From contig JAPMXV010000011.1 in NCBI GenBank assembly GCA_026936335.1, forward strand, positions 62,001 to 126,000: a DNA stretch of 64,000 bases, in the 5' to 3' direction. Each line of letters starts with the position of its first letter. Positions within the stretch are counted from its first letter, which is position 1. The translations under genes and the position numbers were made by a program. Under the pieces are notes generated by a model. That model searched no databases and was not told the origin of the DNA. It saw only the letters and a program-made list of their open reading frames with translations. Source of the DNA: Mantamonas sphyraenae STR306 (taxonomy: Eukaryota > Protista > CRuMs). Shown here one piece after another: positions 61,522-64,000 of the stretch.

Positions 61522-62475
61522 ATGACAACGCAACAAGTTGAACAAGTGGAGTGTGTGTCCCTCATCGGGGACGTCAAGGCGCAAATGGCAGCCAACAAGA
61601 AGTGGGTGGAGGGTGTGGAGCACCCTGTGTTGATTCTGTTTGATCTGAACCAGACACTGTGGGTGCGGGAGCTGAAGAAGCTGAAGGGGTGCACACACGC
61701 GTTCAAGACGGGTGGCAAGAAGTCGCGCTTTGTGTACGTGCGACCCAACGCGGTGCACATGCTTGCACGGCTTGTGAGCAACCGACGTGTGGTGGTGGGT
61801 TGCATGACGAGCATGGCTGTGCGCAACAGCGAGACGGCCCTGTCGCGTTTGTTGTCCGTCGTGGCGCAACACGACGCCTGCGAGGTGACGGAGGAGGACA
61901 TCCGCTCTCGATTCCTCCTCTTCTGTCAGGAATACTTCCACACCAATTGTGCGGACTTTTACAAGGGCTGCAAGGGCACCGAGCTTGGCGACCGCTTTGT
62001 GGCCGTGTACAACGCGACAAACGAACGACCCATGGAGCACCAGTGTGTGCGCAATCTGGAGGCTGTGTTGGACAGTGTGCAGGTGTCGCATCTGGGTCTG
62101 ACGATGGACGACCTGGTGTTGGTGGAGAACGATCCGTTCAAGGTGGTCCATGTGGACCCCACCAATGTCATCCTGGTCAACTCGTGGGACGACAAGCGTG
62201 TGTTGGACCACCAGGAGGCTGTGGATGGAGGAAGTGAGCTCGACCGTACCCTGTTTGACCTGGAAGAGTATCTGACGGCGCTCGTGGACTCCGATTCCTC
62301 CCTCACCCTGGCACAGGCACGTGCACAGCTGGAGTGGGTGACACCCGACGATGTGTTCTCGCTCACATCGGCCGTAGACGACGAATTGGCCGAAGACGTG
62401 CACTCTGGCAGGGACAAGGATGCACAAGAGGAAGCCGAACTCGCTGCCAAGCTGGGCAACGTCCAACTGGAGTGA
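61522..62475 (+). CDS. HAD-superfamily FCP1/NIF-like phosphatase homolog
   Basis: LILFDLNQTL (motif I variant), YVRPN, LVLVENDPFK (motif IV variant). Confidence 0.65.
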   Translation: MTTQQVEQVECVSLIGDVKAQMAANKKWVEGVEHPVLILFDLNQTLWVRELKKLKGCTHAFKTGGKKSRFVYVRPNAVHMLARLVSNRRVVVGCMTSMAVRNSETALSRLLSVVAQHDACEVTEEDIRSRFLLFCQEYFHTNCADFYKGCKGTELGDRFVAVYNATNERPMEHQCVRNLEAVLDSVQVSHLGLTMDDLVLVENDPFKVVHVDPTNVILVNSWDDKRVLDHQEAVDGGSELDRTLFDLEEYLTALVDSDSSLTLAQARAQLEWVTPDDVFSLTSAVDDELAEDVHSGRDKDAQEEAELAAKLGNVQLE

Positions 62476-62561
62476 GAGAGAGTGAGAGAGAGGGAGGGAG
62501 TGACAGAAGGATGGAGATACAATGTAAAATACAACGAGGCAGGACACACGAGACATTGGGG

Positions 62562-63272
62562 TCACTCTTTCGCTTGTTTGGCGGCTGCGGAGGGCTTTGA
62601 AGCTGGGTTGCGAAGACCGGGAATGAAGCGGCCCCACATGCGCAAGAGGACCTGTTTGAAGAAATGATGACGTCCTCCGAGAGTGCCAACGGTCATGAGG
62701 ATGACCGAGTAGATGGGTGTGATGATGCCGACGTAGGCGAGGCGGTAGGACCAGGGACCCTCGGCAAGGGTACCCTGGAGACCGAGGACGTCATGGAGCA
62801 TGGGCTTGGCAAACACCATGGTGGAGCTGCCAGTGATGCCAAACAGGATGCAGATCCAAATCTTGTCAGCCCACCATTGGGAGCTCCAACGAGTGTACTC
62901 GGGGGTGGGGGCGAGCCAGCGCTGGACGAGGGAGCGAGTCGCTGGCGGGGCAGATTCAGAGCTCATCAGACGCAACGAGGAGACGAGTGGAGATTGGATG
63001 GACGACTTGAGTGAGCACACACGGGTCACAGGCGTGCCAATACGAGAGCAGGATTCCGGAAGCAAGACCGGGCGTGGGATGCGAGCGAATGCGCAGGTGG
63101 CGGACGAGGCCGAAGAGGAAGAGGTGGAGGCGGAACGGCTCAGGTGAGTGTGGACAGCCTGAGTGCCGGAGCTGGGGAAGCGGCGTGCACAGTGGGAGTT
63201 GGCGGAGCGAAGCACAACCAGAGCAGTGGCAGCCGAGGTTGGATGGAGAGGAGCACGAACGCGCGAGAACAT
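62562..63272 (-). CDS. Small membrane protein (DUF6787-like) with probable mitochondrial presequence
   Basis: R/S/A-rich N-terminus lacking acidic residues; FGITGSST...PIYSVILMTVGTLGGRHHFF. Confidence 0.55.
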   Translation of the reverse strand: MFSRVRAPLHPTSAATALVVLRSANSHCARRFPSSGTQAVHTHLSRSASTSSSSASSATCAFARIPRPVLLPESCSRIGTPVTRVCSLKSSIQSPLVSSLRLMSSESAPPATRSLVQRWLAPTPEYTRWSSQWWADKIWICILFGITGSSTMVFAKPMLHDVLGLQGTLAEGPWSYRLAYVGIITPIYSVILMTVGTLGGRHHFFKQVLLRMWGRFIPGLRNPASKPSAAAKQAKE

Positions 63273-63382
63273 TCAGAGGTGGCCGTCACGGCGCACACGT
63301 GTGGATTTTGTTCCGTTCCACCACCCCTCGCATACACTCATGACGAGGACACCACATGCAACATGGATCTCCTCTCGCTCGC

Positions 63383-64000
63383 TCACAAATCCTCTCCGCG
63401 TGTGCTGAGATCGCTCATGTTGCCCAGGAACATGCGTGTTCCTCGCTTCGCGTCACGATGATCGCGCGACCATGTGCGTGAGCAGGGTAGCCACTGGTTG
63501 CTTGTGCACTTGGAACACACGTCGAGGGGCACGCGTCGATTGACCACACGCGTGGTGTTGTTGCACTTTCCGCAGCGGAACCAACGCACAGTGACCTCCA
63601 CATAGTGCAGTTGCGTCGGGTGCTGGCTGTTGCACAGGCTGGCCGACACCTGTGATTTGTACATGTACTTGTTGACACAGGCACGGCAGTGGTACATCCA
63701 CTGTGTCTGCTTGTGCATCTCCTGCTCCTGGCCATCCTCCCCACCACCGCCTCCGCTTCCGCCCTGTTCGCTGCGTTTCTCCTTGGCCTGCATGTACTGT
63801 AGGCCCAGCTCCAGTTCCGCGTCCTTCCACGTGTCCACCTCCAGGTGCAGCACAGACTTGCGTGCGCGTACGGCGTCTGCCTGCTCAGTGCTGAGCTTGG
63901 GGATGATGTTGAGAAGCCTTGGCGGTTCGTTCTGTGAGCCCGACGATGATGACGATGAAGATGAGGATGAGGATGAGGATGACGTCAGAGCTGACCTGTC
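63383..64000 (-). CDS. MCM10: Mcm10 C-terminal zinc-binding domain (5' part outside window)
   Basis: CRAC...H...WFRCGKC...CSKC...W and terminal LSTRGED, like the Mcm10 CTD ending LLPRGEE. Confidence 0.75.
   Translation of the reverse strand, partial: DRSALTSSSSSSSSSSSSSSGSQNEPPRLLNIIPKLSTEQADAVRARKSVLHLEVDTWKDAELELGLQYMQAKEKRSEQGGSGGGGGEDGQEQEMHKQTQWMYHCRACVNKYMYKSQVSASLCNSQHPTQLHYVEVTVRWFRCGKCNNTTRVVNRRVPLDVCSKCTSNQWLPCSRTWSRDHRDAKRGTRMFLGNMSDLSTRGEDL

Noticed and set aside
1-64000. tRNA, rRNA, transposase or viral genes
   Set aside because: None recognisable by eye; small ncRNAs cannot be excluded without covariance-model searches.

Overview
Gene-dense (~25 genes), GC-rich, intron-containing nuclear DNA from a unicellular eukaryote. 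The class I myosin with SH3/GPA tail, LisH-RasGEF and Roco-type protein suggest an amoeboid or Amorphea-like protist (inference only). Housekeeping genes (Pus1, Rpn5, Kri1, F-box/LRR, myosin I, Yos1, RTRAF, PIG-N, Mcm10) are packed with intergenic gaps of about 15-300 nt and short CA-rich introns. The standout is a head-to-head pair of ~2,200-aa genes at 33.6-47.4 kb that share a paralogous, divergent, signal-peptide-less subtilase (S8) domain with Glu at the catalytic Asp position. One is S8-ankyrin-LRR-degenerate Roc-COR. The other, if joined across one apparent frameshift, is S8-unknown/GTPase-like-polytopic membrane domain. Together they look like a protease-based sensor/effector pair. Also present: a selenocysteine (UGA) iodothyronine-deiodinase-like gene with a clear SECIS, an unusual PDI-thioredoxin/Erv1/TlpA fusion, a voltage-sensing phosphatase, UNC79-like and EROS/CYBC1-like genes, and a bacterial-type YeeE/YedE transporter with an intron. 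Four genes have an intron at or inside the start codon. About seven single-base frameshifts are probably assembly errors. All family calls come from motif recognition by eye; no searches were run.
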